From NCBI GenBank assembly GCA_964658305.1, contig OZ210885.1, forward strand, positions 14,446,001 to 14,510,000: 64,000 nt of DNA. Direction: 5' to 3'. The translations under genes and the position numbers were made by a program. Origin of the DNA: Leptogorgia sarmentosa. Taxonomy: Eukaryota. Numbering within the stretch: position 1 is the first letter of the stretch; each line of letters begins with the position of its first letter. The notes beneath the pieces were generated by a model. That model worked only from the letters and a program-made list of their open reading frames with translations, made no database searches and was not told the origin of the DNA. Shown one piece after another: positions 50,898 to 63,420 of this stretch.

Positions 50898-53800
50898 AAG
50901 TTTTATCTATCATCTATCTTCTAACGTGTTTGATTCTAAGTACATTCAATTCTAATATTCTAATTACAATAAATTTCCTCTTTTTTTAATGTTCTACATC
51001 CTTTTATTCCTAACTAATATTATTAAACTAATTGCATTGAAACATACCTATAGCAGACACACAAGACTTACCCGTGTCAGTCTTAGTTATTTGAATATCT
51101 CCCGTAGGGCTATCACTACTAGGCTCAAAAGATTGAAATCGAGCAGATCTGTGACTAAGGTGTTGTCTATTTCGACGATAGAACCCAACCTGGGAATTTA
51201 CAATGAAGGACCTATCCCCTATCCTTTTCAATGCAGTACCCGGTCTCCATGTTTTATCTTTTGCTGGATATGAATATTATGATATGTCCTACTTTGGGAA
51301 TGGGTAACGATTTTGCAGTCCTATCATAACATTTCTTGTCATGTGCTATTTTACTCTCTAGCTTAGTTCTTACTACTGCATGATCAACTTGCATGAACTT
51401 AGGTTCTAACTGTTGAGGGAGTATGGGCATTACGGATCTTAACAACCTTCCCTGTAATAATTCTGCTGGCGAATACCCTATATCAAGCGGTGTAGATCGG
51501 TACTCTAGTATTCCTAATAAAGGATCCTGCCTATCCAGTCTAGCTTTCTCAAATATTTGCTTAACAACCTGTACGTACTTCTCAGCTAACCCATTAGATT
51601 TTGGGTGATACTGGCTAGATGTAACATGTTCAAATTATATTTCCTAGAAAATTCCCTAAACTCCTGGGACGAGTACTGGGGCACATTACCAGAAACTACC
51701 CTTTCCAGAATGCCATATCTTGCAAATATTGGTTTTAATTTGTTGATGACACTATCTGATGTAGCACTTTGGAGCTGAGCTACTGTTATAATTTATTTAA
51801 ATATTCATGTATAATTAATAACCTAGTGTATATAAGAAATGTGCTGTTCAATATAGTTAGTTAATAAAAGTTTTAATCAAACCAGCGCGTTATTACATTG
51901 GCGACGAGGATTGCGAAGTCACGTCGTGGAAGATGGCGCTGTATGGTATTGTAGGAGAATTTAAAGAAAGCGAAGAATCATGGATTTAGTATGTCGAGAG
52001 GTTAGAGCAGTATTTTTTGGCCAACGAGATAACAGACGGGAAGAAACAAAGAGCTATCCTTCTGAGTGTCTGTGGCAGCAAGACGTACGGATTGTTACGA
52101 GACATATTACAGCCCAAGAAACCAGCAGATACTGATATCAAAGTAATTGTCGAAGAATTAAAGAAACATTATAACCCAAAGCCAAGTGAGATTGTTGAAT
52201 GTTTTAAATTTCACAGTCGAGTGCGAAAAGAAGGCGAAAGCGTTGCGTTGTTTGTCGCCGGTTTACGCAATCTTTCAGAACATTGTAACTTTGGTGAGTC
52301 ATTGGAAGAGATGCTGCGTGATCGTCTTGTGTGTGGCATAAATAATAATCAGAGAATTTATTGCAAGGCATTCCATATGTCGTCGTGAGAATGGACGATA
52401 TATTGGTCAGCGGCGAAGATGATACAGCCCATTTGGACAATCTGTGTTCGGTTTTGTCAAGGCTTTTGGAAGCTGGTCTGCACCTGAGGCAAGATAAATG
52501 TTGTTTTATGCAACCAGAGGTGATCTATTGTGGTTATGGCATCAATGGAGAAGGTGTATATCCTATAGCAGCAAAGGTCGACGCCATAAAGAACGCACAT
52601 GTACCCAGAGATGTGACCCAACTTCGTGCATTCCTTGGAATGCTGAATTATTATCACAAATTCCTACCAAATGTGGCGATTATCTTAGAGCCACTGCATG
52701 AGTAGCTTAGAAAAGGGCAAAAGTGGAAATGGAATCAAGAGCAGCAGAAAGCTTTCGCGAAGGCCAAGGAACTGTTGCAATCTGCCGATCTATTGGTACA
52801 CTTCAACCCTGATCTGAATCTTGTTCTGGCCAGCGATGCTTCAAATTACGGAATAGGAGCTGTGTTGTCCCACAAAATGCCTGATGGAACTGAGCGTCCT
52901 ATAGGATATGTTTCACGTTCACTCAACCCAGCTGAGCGGAACTATTCAACCATTGGCGATGATCGTTGGGGTCAAAAAATTCCATCAGTTTTTATATGGT
53001 AAGAGATTTACAATTCGAACTGACCACAAGCCACTCGAAGGTCTATTTGGAGAGAAGGGGATTTCATCACAGGCATCACCCAGAGTTCAACGATGGGCAC
53101 TAACGCTTGCTGCGTATGAATATGACATTCAGTATAAAGCAGGAGCAATGAACGGGAATGCTGATGCATTAAGTAGGTTACCACTCCCCGAAATGCTGAC
53201 CCATTCTCAGCTAACCCATTAGATTTTGGGTGATACTGGCTAGATGTAACATGTTCAAATTATATTTCCTAGAAAATTCCCTAAACTCCTGGGACGAGTA
53301 CTGGGGCACATTACCAGAAACTACCCTTTCCAGAATGCCATATCTTGCAAGCCACACACTCATTTGGACCTAATCCACCCTAACGTTAGTGACCAAGTCC
53401 TGGAAAGGCAAACACAACAAAAATCATCCCATGATTATCATGCTAAACATCGGGAGATACAAGTGGATGACACTGTCTATATCAAAGATTTCAGGCATCC
53501 AAAATCTTGGTTACCGGGAACTGTGGTAGAGAAAACTGGTCCTGTTTCTGCTAGAGTGAAGCTGAGCAATGGTGAAATAATACGAAGACATCAAGATCAT
53601 ATCAGAATCCGTACTGATCAAGATATAACTCCACCAGTGGACAGTGGAAGTCAGGAGATCCGTCCTCTGGAGACACCTTTAGTTTCTAATGATATTCCCC
53701 TGAGCTCAGCACCACATTCACCTGCAGCACCACAACCATCTATCTCGGAAGAAGTGAGACAACCATTCATCTCGGAAGAAGTGAGACAACCAACCGAGTT

Positions 53801-54518
53801 GAGTCCGCAAAAGAGACGTTCTACACGAATTCGTCAAAGACCGAAACATTTAGCAGATTATGAAGTTCAATATTAGGAAGTACATTTCAGTAAATTGGAA
53901 ACATATTCTTAGCTAATTTATATATATACTTTGACAAGAAATAGCAGAAAATAGAAGGAAAAAAAAAGTTAAAGAAATTAGGATCTTTTTCCCAAACTGA
54001 GAGGGGAGGAATGTTATAATTTATTTAAATATTCATGTATAATTGGAAAATTAAACGAGACTTACCTGTAAGTTGAAGTTTGATTGAGATTCTATCACAT
54101 GATTTTGGGAGGCAGGAGATCACATGAGATAGCACAGCGCATGCGTCAATCATTCTTGGAAGAATGTGGGTGTGCCAGTGTTAATTCACAGTATATCGAA
54201 TAGTCACGAGACTAGAGTATATCCACAACCAGTATTGGGAGGGATAAAGGGCAGGGCATGTGATCTCCTGCCTCCCAAAATCATGTGATAGAATCTCAAT
54301 CAAACTTCAACTTACAGGTAAGTCTCGTTTAATTTTCCAATTCTATCACATGATTGGGAGGCATGGAGATCCCATGAGACTTTAAAGCCCTGGCACAGCC
54401 ACATCTGTGCGAAAATCATTCAACACAAAAACCACAATATAGATGTATTTGACTGAGTAGAATACATCATACCCAATATAGGCTTATAACAGAACATCAA
54501 CAATGTAATTTGTATGAG

Positions 54519-55685
54519 TTAGGATGACAGCAATGCTGTTCCCATGTCACCTGTATCGGTGATAGGTTTATCATAAAATTTTCGAAACGTATTCTCTGAC
54601 TTCCATCCCACTGTTTTAAGAATAACATCAAGTGGGATAGCCTTCTGGTGAGCTTTAGATGCAGCAGCAGCTCTTGTACTGTGAGCTGTAAACATTGTTG
54701 TATCGATTCCAGCACTTTCAAGCACACTCTTGGTCCACCTGGATATAGTGTCTCTGGACACTTTATGGTGTGGTTGTATGTAACTAATAAACAGACTCTG
54801 TTCATCCTTGCGTATTACCTTCGTTCTGTTCAAATATTCCACAAGAGTGTTCAAGGGACAAATCTTTGGATCTGGCTGATACTGAGGTATTAGAATCCTG
54901 TTTGTTTCATTGCCCGGTTTGCTTGTCTTAGTATGGTGTAATACCCTAAATTCACATGATGAAGCATCCAATTTCATGCCTTCTAAACTGAGCATGTGTA
55001 CATCCTGTCCTCGTTTCCCTGATACCAACAATAATAACATAGCCAACTTCAATGTCAACTGTTTCAACGAAATGTCTTTAACAGGATGCAAAGTCCCCAA
55101 ATAATGGAGGACTCGTGAAACATCCCATATGTGACAGTACTTTCGTGTTGGTGGCCGGGATTGGTAAACACCTTTAATAAGTCTTGAAACCAAAGGGTGT
55201 GAACCAATGCTACACCCATTGTTCATGTCCACCACAGCACTCAATGCGGACCGTGCAGTATTTATTGTAGAATAACTTAGGCCACTGTTAAATAACTGTG
55301 TAAGAAAATGGAGGACATCACTTACAGTTGGTTGACAGTAATTGATATTCCTCTTACTACAAAAGTCCAACCACTGTTCAATATACGTCTTGTACTGTTT
55401 CTGGGTCCCTGTTCGCCATGAGGCCATGAGAAGTTCTGTTGCGTCTGGAGAAAGGTCAAATTGTCCGAAGGAATTCCTGAGAGCGGACACACCATCAAGT
55501 GCAACTTTTTGTGCAGTGGGTGTGGATGATCCCAATTGGGATGTTGAAGCAACTTGGGTCCTGGTGGAAGAACTCGTGGACTGTCGTACAGCATCTGAAG
55601 GAGCAAAGCAAACCATGGCTGGGTTGGCCAAAGTGGAACAACTAGGATTCCCTTGGCTTTGTCTTGTGAAATCTTTTGTACACAC
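54519..55685 (-). CDS. DIRS tyrosine recombinase (388 aa ORF, overlapping pol)
   Basis: SGKRGQD, HSTR, VGW, TFRKFY. Confidence 0.92.
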   Translation of the reverse strand: MCTKDFTRQSQGNPSCSTLANPAMVCFAPSDAVRQSTSSSTRTQVASTSQLGSSTPTAQKVALDGVSALRNSFGQFDLSPDATELLMASWRTGTQKQYKTYIEQWLDFCSKRNINYCQPTVSDVLHFLTQLFNSGLSYSTINTARSALSAVVDMNNGCSIGSHPLVSRLIKGVYQSRPPTRKYCHIWDVSRVLHYLGTLHPVKDISLKQLTLKLAMLLLLVSGKRGQDVHMLSLEGMKLDASSCEFRVLHHTKTSKPGNETNRILIPQYQPDPKICPLNTLVEYLNRTKVIRKDEQSLFISYIQPHHKVSRDTISRWTKSVLESAGIDTTMFTAHSTRAAAASKAHQKAIPLDVILKTVGWKSENTFRKFYDKPITDTGDMGTALLSS

Positions 55686-57343
55686 CGAGGCACTAAACTA
55701 AACGGTGGAAAAGCATAGAATGAAAACTTGCTCCAGTCTATAGCAAAAGCATCCACATAATGGGCACCTGGATCCGGTTTCCAGGAACAATACAGGTCTA
55801 GTTGATGATTTAGCCTTGTTGCAAAAAGATCAATATCTAAATTGGGGTATAAAGCGTGTATGTTACGAAACACTGCTTTGTCAAGAGACCATTCATGCCT
55901 GTCTGAAAAATTCCGAGACTCTCTGTCGGCCCCGGTGTTCTCTTTACCAGGTATGTGCACAGCCGATAACCAAATTGACCGTTCAATGGCCCATTCCCAT
56001 AACTCAAGGGCCAGAGCATTTAGTTGTGAGGATTGAGTCCCCCCCATGTTATTGACATATGAAACTGCTGTGGTATTGTCAATTTGCAGTTGAACATGCA
56101 TATTGTTCTCATCAACAGCAAATGACTTTAAGGCAAAAAAGGCAGCTTGCAACTCCAGTACATTTATGTGAGCTGTGGCCTCAGTGGAGGTCCATCTGCC
56201 CCCAATTGTCTCATCCTTGCGGACTGCCCCCCACCCCAGCTTTGAAGCATCGGACTGCAAAATAATACTGGGATTGGGGTGAACTATGTTGCTTTTACTG
56301 TGAGCCATGTTATCAACCCACCAATCCAATTCCTTCAAGGAATCCGTAGAGAGCTGCATGGCTGAGGTGTAATCACCCCTGTGGCATTTGAGGGCTAAGG
56401 TTTTGTCCCTTTCTAAGGCCCTGTAATGTAACGGCCCAAATTCCACCCCTGGGAAATTGGACACAAGGATGCCAATTACCTCTGCAACATCTGAAACTAG
56501 TGGTACTGGTTTGTTTTTTAATTGAGTACATGCATGGACTGTTTTGGTAACCTTTTTGGGTGTTGGAGAGACAGTCATTTTGCACGAATCCAGCTGAAAC
56601 CCCAGAAATATCAGCTGCTGAGTTGGTTGCAACACAGATTTTTTCTCATGTAAATAAAAACCCAACTCACTGAACAAGGACACTGTTGCCTTGACATTTT
56701 TAGTGCAATCTACAGGATTTTCACCCTGAAGGTATGAGTCATCGATATAACCCAAATTTGGATAGCCTTGCTCATGTAATCTGGCATAAACTGGCTTTAA
56801 AAGCTTAGTGAAAATGCGTGGGGCACTAGAAAGCCCATTAGGCAGACATGTATACTGATACAGGGTGCCATTAAACATGAATTTGAGCAATTTTTGGTGC
56901 TCAGCCCACACTGGAACAGTATAGTAAGCATCCCGTAAGTCAACTGAGGCCATAAAGCAGCCTGGCTTTATCATCTTTAGCACCGCATCCAGGGTGTCCA
57001 TTTTAAAGTGGTGGTACTCAACAAATGTATTAAACTGCTTCAAATTGAGTATCACCCGGTATGACCCATCATTCTTAGGTCGCAGAAATATAGTTGAAAT
57101 ATATTCGCCTGGCTCATGACAGGATGCTTTGATCACACCTTTGTCTAGTAGTTTGTGAAGTTCTTTCTCCACAATGGTATGTTCGTGGGTATTAAACACA
57201 CTAGGTCTAAAACCTGACTGGGAAGGCGGTTTGCCTTCAATAAATTCAATTTTTACACCCTGAACATATTGTAAAATGATTTGATCAGTTGTAATTTCAC
57301 GCCATTTAGGCAAATATATTGCTAACCGACCAGCTGTAAACAT
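55322..57343 (-). CDS. DIRS RT-RNase H-methyltransferase-like ORF (673 aa)
   Basis: DLRDAY, LPNGL, YIDD, SDASKLGWG, DLFATRLN, YAFPPF; open frame. Confidence 0.93.
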   Translation of the reverse strand: MFTAGRLAIYLPKWREITTDQIILQYVQGVKIEFIEGKPPSQSGFRPSVFNTHEHTIVEKELHKLLDKGVIKASCHEPGEYISTIFLRPKNDGSYRVILNLKQFNTFVEYHHFKMDTLDAVLKMIKPGCFMASVDLRDAYYTVPVWAEHQKLLKFMFNGTLYQYTCLPNGLSSAPRIFTKLLKPVYARLHEQGYPNLGYIDDSYLQGENPVDCTKNVKATVSLFSELGFYLHEKKSVLQPTQQLIFLGFQLDSCKMTVSPTPKKVTKTVHACTQLKNKPVPLVSDVAEVIGILVSNFPGVEFGPLHYRALERDKTLALKCHRGDYTSAMQLSTDSLKELDWWVDNMAHSKSNIVHPNPSIILQSDASKLGWGAVRKDETIGGRWTSTEATAHINVLELQAAFFALKSFAVDENNMHVQLQIDNTTAVSYVNNMGGTQSSQLNALALELWEWAIERSIWLSAVHIPGKENTGADRESRNFSDRHEWSLDKAVFRNIHALYPNLDIDLFATRLNHQLDLYCSWKPDPGAHYVDAFAIDWSKFSFYAFPPFSLVPRCVQKISQDKAKGILVVPLWPTQPWFALLLQMLYDSPRVLPPGPKLLQHPNWDHPHPLHKKLHLMVCPLSGIPSDNLTFLQTQQNFSWPHGEQGPRNSTRRILNSGWTFVVRGISITVNQL

Positions 57344-57393
57344 TGCATGTTTACATACCTGATTATCAATGTTATTGTTTGTATCTGACAGTT

Positions 57394-58417
57394 TTATGGC
57401 TGCTTCGCAGCCCGTTTCATCTTTGTTTTGGGATAATGGCCTCTGGACAAAAAATCCCCGTTTCCTCGTTGGCCTGCCGAGAATCTACGATTCCCGGGAG
57501 GATAGGGGGAATATCGCTGTTCACGATGTGATCTTTGGCTGTGTTGTCTCCCGCGAGGAGCCCGACGGACTCGCTTTGTAAGCTTGTGAGCGTCCGCGAT
57601 ATCCTTCGTCAGCTTAGAAAGATCGCCAAAAAGATACTCGGACGGGGCTTCCAAGGTTGCTGAGCTGCACAGGGAAGCATAGTCCTGGTGAAGATCACTT
57701 TTCATCGCTAAACGTCGTGCGATGTTCATATCATGAAAGCTTTGCATTGCCAAAGCGACACAATCGGTCAAAGCCGTGACAAGTCCCTTGTCAGGTTGGC
57801 GTTGTTTTAGCGCCAAATCTGTCGCTTTGATTGTGGCGGTAATCGACCCCACAAGAGCATTTTGTGTTTTTTGTGCTTGTGAATCATGGGTTCGGTTCTG
57901 TGCCAATAGTTGAGACCAAATCAACGGGTTAACTCGTGGGGTCTTTAGCGCTTCGACATTTTTAGGGCGCGGATACAGCCCAATCTTTTTCTGGTACTTT
58001 TCGTCGGGCAGCTTCTCCTTGAGCAAGCCGTGCACAATGCCCGCAAGGCTTTCATTTACAGGTTCACCTGTCAACTCATTGATCTTCAGATCAAGAGCAA
58101 TGTCAGTGAGAACATCTGACGTGGATGGCGGTTCTGTCAATTTCGATACCCGAGCATCGAAGGACTCGGTTTCGTCGCGAATTTCGCCTTCCTCGATCGT
58201 ATGATCGGGCCCGCCATCACCCACCTCGTCGAGGAGGCTTTCGACGTCGCCGTCAAGGTCTGCTTCGGGCAGGCGTATATTGTGAGCGAAGCCCATCCTT
58301 AAGCTGTTGCATCTCTTTCATAAGATGACTAAACATTTGTGCTGTGTCAAGCGCCGAGTCTGCTTGACCAGCTGCAGTTGAGGGCGAACTCGTGTCCCGA
58401 CCACTTGTCTCTGCCAT
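57394..58417 (-). pseudogene. DIRS ORF1 (gag-like), probable frameshift near 58270
   Basis: YPRPKNV...PRVNPLIW and YLFGDL motifs; upstream in position to the RT ORF. Confidence 0.75.
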
Positions 58418-60941
58418 GCTGGCAATGGGTCGAACTGCTTTTGACGTTTCGTCCTTCTTGGACGATAATCGTCTTGGCCTAACTGCGTTAGAGCTACACA
58501 ACCTGGTATAAAGACTCAAGAGGACACGACAACTACGTTGCCTTCTCTACCAGTAATTGACAATGAACTAACTATGTTAGTCGCTGCATTGTATAGTGAT
58601 ATCCAAAATTTTTGATAAAACAAAAGACGTCTTCCTCGATCGACGACCACATGTGCAATGATTGACGCATGCGCTGTGCTATCTCATGGGATCTCCATGC
58701 CTCCCAATCATGTGATAGAATCAATAACCTAGTGTATATAAGTAATGTGCTGTTCAATATAGTTAGTTAATAAAAGTTTTAATCAAACCAGCGAGTTATT
58801 ACAGCTACTTCAAAGAAACAACTATAAGAGTCTACAACCAACAAAAAATCTGTTTTATTCCATTCAAACAAATCTGTTGCCACAACTTGCCATGGCCGAT
58901 CGGGTATTGGATGATCGATAAGCGGGTCTTTCTGGTTTGAGTAACCATATCTCAAGCAAACTGGACAGTGTGATATCAACTCAGTGATATCAGAAGGCAA
59001 TTTGGGCCAAAATATAGTAGCACATGCTCTCTTCAAACGTTTTTCAATCCCCATATGTCCAGTGTGTAGTATACCTAAAATTTCTGATCAAAGTGCCTTG
59101 GGAATTACAATCTTTCCCCCTTTTAATATAACCTCATCTATAACTGATAATTCTACTCGAAAATTTCAGTATTGTATTATTAAAAGGTTACAATGCTTCC
59201 CGGTTACAGACCAACCATCTAAAATGGTCTTTTAAGTGCTTGAAGCTGTGCATCTCAACCAGTCTCATGTTTAATATCCTCTATTCTTCTATCTCAAATT
59301 TGCAAATTGGATAATATTGCATGCATGTGTGCATTGACACTGCTCATAATTTCTGGGCATGTATCAGATAAACAGTTGTGTGACAAAGTGTCAGCTACAG
59401 GAATCGATTTACCAGGAACATACACAAAATGTACATCATCTGTATTAACATCCTCTGTATTCTAGGAGGAGCAGCATGCAATGGTTTGTTACTTATAGGG
59501 GTGAGTGGTTTGTGATCAGTCTCCACTTGTGCCCTTTGCCCATAAATATACTGATGGAATTTTTGATCCAAATATTATGGCATACATTTCTTTCTCTATT
59601 TGTGCATAATTAATCTCAGTTGGTGTTAGTGACTTTGATGCATATGCAAATGGTCCCATTTTGCATTAAAGCAGCACCCGAACAAAATTTAGATGCATCT
59701 ACTTGCAATGTGACAGGTTTATGCTGGTCATAATATACTAGTACTGTAGTACAGGACTATCAGTCCAGTGCTTCCATTTCCGAACTTGGTAATTTCCTAA
59801 TTTTTTCCTTATTTTGACCGGAATTTCCTTCAAAAAATATCAAAAATTCCTTCAAATTTCCTTCTCGAAATCAGTGCTTGTCGGGAACTGACAGATAAGA
59901 TAACAAACATTTTTAGATAATTATTGCATGACAGAGTGAGTGACAGTTAGAGAGTGAGGGTGCGAGTGAAATAGTCACGAAAAGAGAGAAGCGAGTTAGT
60001 TGGACCGTGAGAGTGAGTGAGAGAGTGTGGCAACGAACCGTGAGATAGAGAGTATATAGCCCGTGCGCTATCCGTTTAGTGAGAATCAATTTATAACTTT
60101 AGTATATTAATTTCGAAATATAAACATTTGAAAAACCTCACTCTCACCAAATTGTGATTTTGTCGAGGACTACGAATTAGGAGGCAATTCTCGACAGTGC
60201 TCAACAAACTCTCATCGAAGAAAATGTGTAATTTACTATAAATTATAGACTACTTACAGCCAATTTTAACCAATGTTTAGTGACAAATATGAAGAAATTA
60301 GGAACTAATACATCGATCAAGGTTGCATGTGCGGCAACATATGACATGTCATCTGTTGGGAAGTATATTAATATTCAGACGCTTCGGATAAACTTCGGGT
60401 TTCCGAGCGCAAGACGAACAATAGTCGTGAGATCGAGCATGTGAGAAAGGATGTGAGGTTTTGGTTCATATTTTAGTAAATAAATCTTAAGCGTAAACGT
60501 GACGAGGTTGTTGTGTGAGCAATTCACAACATCATCGTAAGAAAAATTTCAGAAATGCCACCATTTCGTAGGCAGAATGGATAATGGACTCTAAGTTCTT
60601 CGCGTTTGTCTTTTGAATGTTCCTTTTTTAATTTACGAATTGTCTATTTTGCTTTGAAATTTGAAAGATTTAGAAAAACCTATTTTGCAATCAAAACTGT
60701 GACTGTCTATCAGTTAATTTTGGAAAATGGTTAATGGAAAATAATATGACTTATATATAGATTACGGATATAAAAAATCAGGAACGGAAAGTTTGAAAAC
60801 ATTTTTGACTGTACAAGAGCTTTAAGTTCGGAGATTAGAATGTCAAATCTCTTTTAGCATATGATATTCGAATATGAAAGCAACCTGAAGCTAAGAGTAT
60901 TAATATTATACTGTTGACTTATGCGGCTGCCTGTCTGGTTA

Positions 60942-61061
60942 GGCCCAGTTCAAACGTCAAACTTTTCATGTGCCGAACCTAATGTTAACGAGCAAAGTTC
61001 TTTGTTTGCGCTCATTTGCATTAGGTTCGACACATGAAAAGTTCGACGTCTAAACTGAGCC
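60942..61061. mobile_element. Palindromic Harbinger-type MITE
   Basis: GGCCCAGTT...AACTGAGCC imperfect arms of about 45 bp, flanked by TTA on both sides. Confidence 0.75.
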
Positions 61062-61235
61062 TTAGTGGTTACTCTACTTCCGCAAATCGAATTGATACAT
61101 ATTATTCTACACCAGAGGAGGTTGGACAGCTCCTCGCAAAGCATCACGGGAAATTTGCGTGCGTTTCCACGCTTCCTCTCTCATTCGTGCGTGGACTGTT
61201 GCGAAGTGAACATCTCCGGGAGATAGAGAATAATT

Positions 61236-63420
61236 ATGGAAGCTTTCGAAGCACAAGAGTGCCAGGCTACAATACTTAGAGAAAATAGCACGATATATCT
61301 TTATTGTTGCGATCCAGATTATGACCAGGCTTTTACAATTCCAAGCTTACCGTTTTTGCAACTGCATGGCGTTTACTGTCATTTTAGCTTTCTTGATAAA
61401 CCATCGGAGAGAAGAACCTGCATTATACCAAACACCCCGGCACTTGTTTCGAAACTGGACGGCGTTAAATCTCCTTCTGTTGTGAACGTTAAAACTAGTG
61501 CGATATTTGAGCCTTTTCAGGTTAGTAAAACCCTATTTTGTACTTTATGATTTTAGTTGCATCACTTGCATGTACATGGTATTAGTAAGTTTTGGCGATT
61601 CTAACCTCGATTAATTTTTGGTTTATTAATGTTGCTTTTTATTTCATTTTATACTTAGTTTGATTGTAACGAAGCTATCGATAAGGATGAAGAAGACCAT
61701 AGGCGTACGAGGGGGTGGGGCTGGGGGGCTGAGAATTTTTTGACAATTCATCTATTCGGGCAAAAATTGTCTTGTCATTCGGGCAGCGACGGCCTGGTGA
61801 TTAGATAAAAATGTTGTTACGCTAGTAACTTTCTCTTTCTCTGTTTGGCTAGGGGGAACGGGGGGGCTCAGCCCCCCCAAAAGGCTGAAGGACTGCGCCG
61901 TAAAAAGATGAAATCCGGGTAGAAATTAGGGGGGGACGATGACTACCCATGTGACTACCAATCTCAATCCAAACATTTTCACAAATCTCACCCCAGAAAC
62001 ACGCTAAATCGCCATTGATGGATTCCAGATTTCAAAATTTTCCCGGGGAGAGAATCCCCCCGGACCCCCCTAGATACCATCGCGCCTTCACCGTTTGCTT
62101 CGCCCCCCCCCCCCCAAAAAGAATGCAGAAGGTCTGGCTTCGCCACTGGGGACGACATATTTCTCTTTATATCAATTTTCAAAGGAAAGCTTTTCATTTA
62201 TAGTATTCTCAGATTATATAATATTATGATGACGTCACGAAATCTATGACGTCATGTAATTCGGGAAAATTCAGCCCAGCCCCCCCAAAAAAAATGTGCC
62301 CGTACGCCTATGAAGAAGACCCACAAATTCTTTTAGTTTGGGATTTTGACGTGGATGAAATACTGTCGAAGAATACAAGTGGAGTGGCTGCAGTTATCCC
62401 AGATACGGATGACATTGGTGTTACGCCCTTGCTAAATGTTGATGCGGTAAGTTGTAATTGTTCAAATTTTCCAGCTACTGATAAAGTTTTATTACCCCCT
62501 GTAGATGAAACTCCTGAGGAAGGTAATTCTCCAAAATCACCAGCAAGAAATGAAGATATTTTTGATGCCACAAGTGTAAATAACGTATGTAATGCAGATG
62601 AGGATCATTGGTTCTCAGATGAATCAGAAGGTGTGATGATTGTAATTTTATTATATTGCATAATTTCGTTGTACAAGCAATGTTTAGGTTTGACTTATCA
62701 ATTTTATAGTGTGTAATAATATTTATATTTATATGCAATGTGTCTACATAATGTGCATGGTACTGTGTGCTCTCTTATTTTTAGACATATATGAGTCTAT
62801 GGTACTGTGTGCTCTCTTATTTTTAGACATGACTCTATGACAATAGTTTTTAGATATTACATAACATGTTTACCATGTTGTCTTACTTTTAAAGATTACT
62901 TGTTAAACTTTAATGATCTAATTATATCTTTGTAGAGAGGGACATTCTTGGCTGTTTTTCCAAACTGGATAACAATGGTGATAGTGACCTGGATAATGAT
63001 GAGGATAATGATGATAGTGATGAGGATCAAGAGATAACCCATTCTGTACCATTCAAGTGCATTGGTGCTGCTCATGAAAGTAACTACCAACATCATTTGG
63101 AACAAGCATACCTTGCTCTTCAAGAAAATACGTTAGTGAAAGTTCGGTTGAGGGCGGAGCCTTTAAATCCTATGGACCCAAATGCAATTGCTGTTGACCT
63201 GGACTATGGAATTGGTTGGTCTCATGTTGGATATATTGCTTCAGAACTTTGCAAGTATCTGCACCCCGTTATGACTAGAGGAGATATTATTGATGTTGAC
63301 CTTCAGCATATCAAGTATAGAGTGGACTTTTTAAAAATAGGTTTCTACCCCAAAATCTGGATTAAAAGGCGTGGTGAGTGGGAGCCAGAGGTGGTAAGGA
63401 AAAGTAGGAGTGTGCGTTAA
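61236..63420 (+). pseudogene. Spliced gene with acidic linker and C-terminal HIRAN-like domain, disrupted by a MITE
   Basis: Exons 61236-61520, 61659-62630 (minus MITE) and 62936-63420 join in frame; VPFKCIG...LRAEPLNPMDPNAIAV...HVGYIASE fits the HIRAN signature. Confidence 0.7.
61698..62312. mobile_element. hAT-type MITE (615 bp)
   Basis: TIR CATAGGCGTACG / CGTACGCCTATG; 8-bp TSD AAGAAGAC. Confidence 0.9.

Larger units (their letters stand above)
54045..58722 (-). mobile_element. Canonical DIRS1-like YR retrotransposon inserted in the 3' LTR
   Basis: ITRs at 54088-54154 and 58657-58722, terminal extension 54045-54087, internal complementary region about 54258-54379 complementary to both ends. 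Confidence 0.94.
51784..58803 (+). mobile_element. Internally deleted Gypsy LTR retrotransposon
   Basis: 114-bp LTRs (51784-51897; 54012-54044 plus 58723-58803), TSD GCTAC, PBS TGGCGACGAGGAT (tRNA-Ser type, 51899-51911), PPT GAGGGGAGGA (54001-54010); gag, RT and RNase H fragments. Confidence 0.93.
50850..59760 (-). mobile_element. Old Gypsy remnant (RNase H-integrase) at 50850-51783 and 58809-59760
   Basis: RPWQVVATDLF...VVDSYSCFFEVA|QLQSATSDSV is continuous across the GCTAC TSD. Many stops; outer limits approximate. Confidence 0.78.

Noticed and set aside
59767..60900. Possible DNA transposon terminus (CAGTGCTTCC with AATTTCCT repeats)
   Set aside because: No matching second end or coding remnant found in the window.
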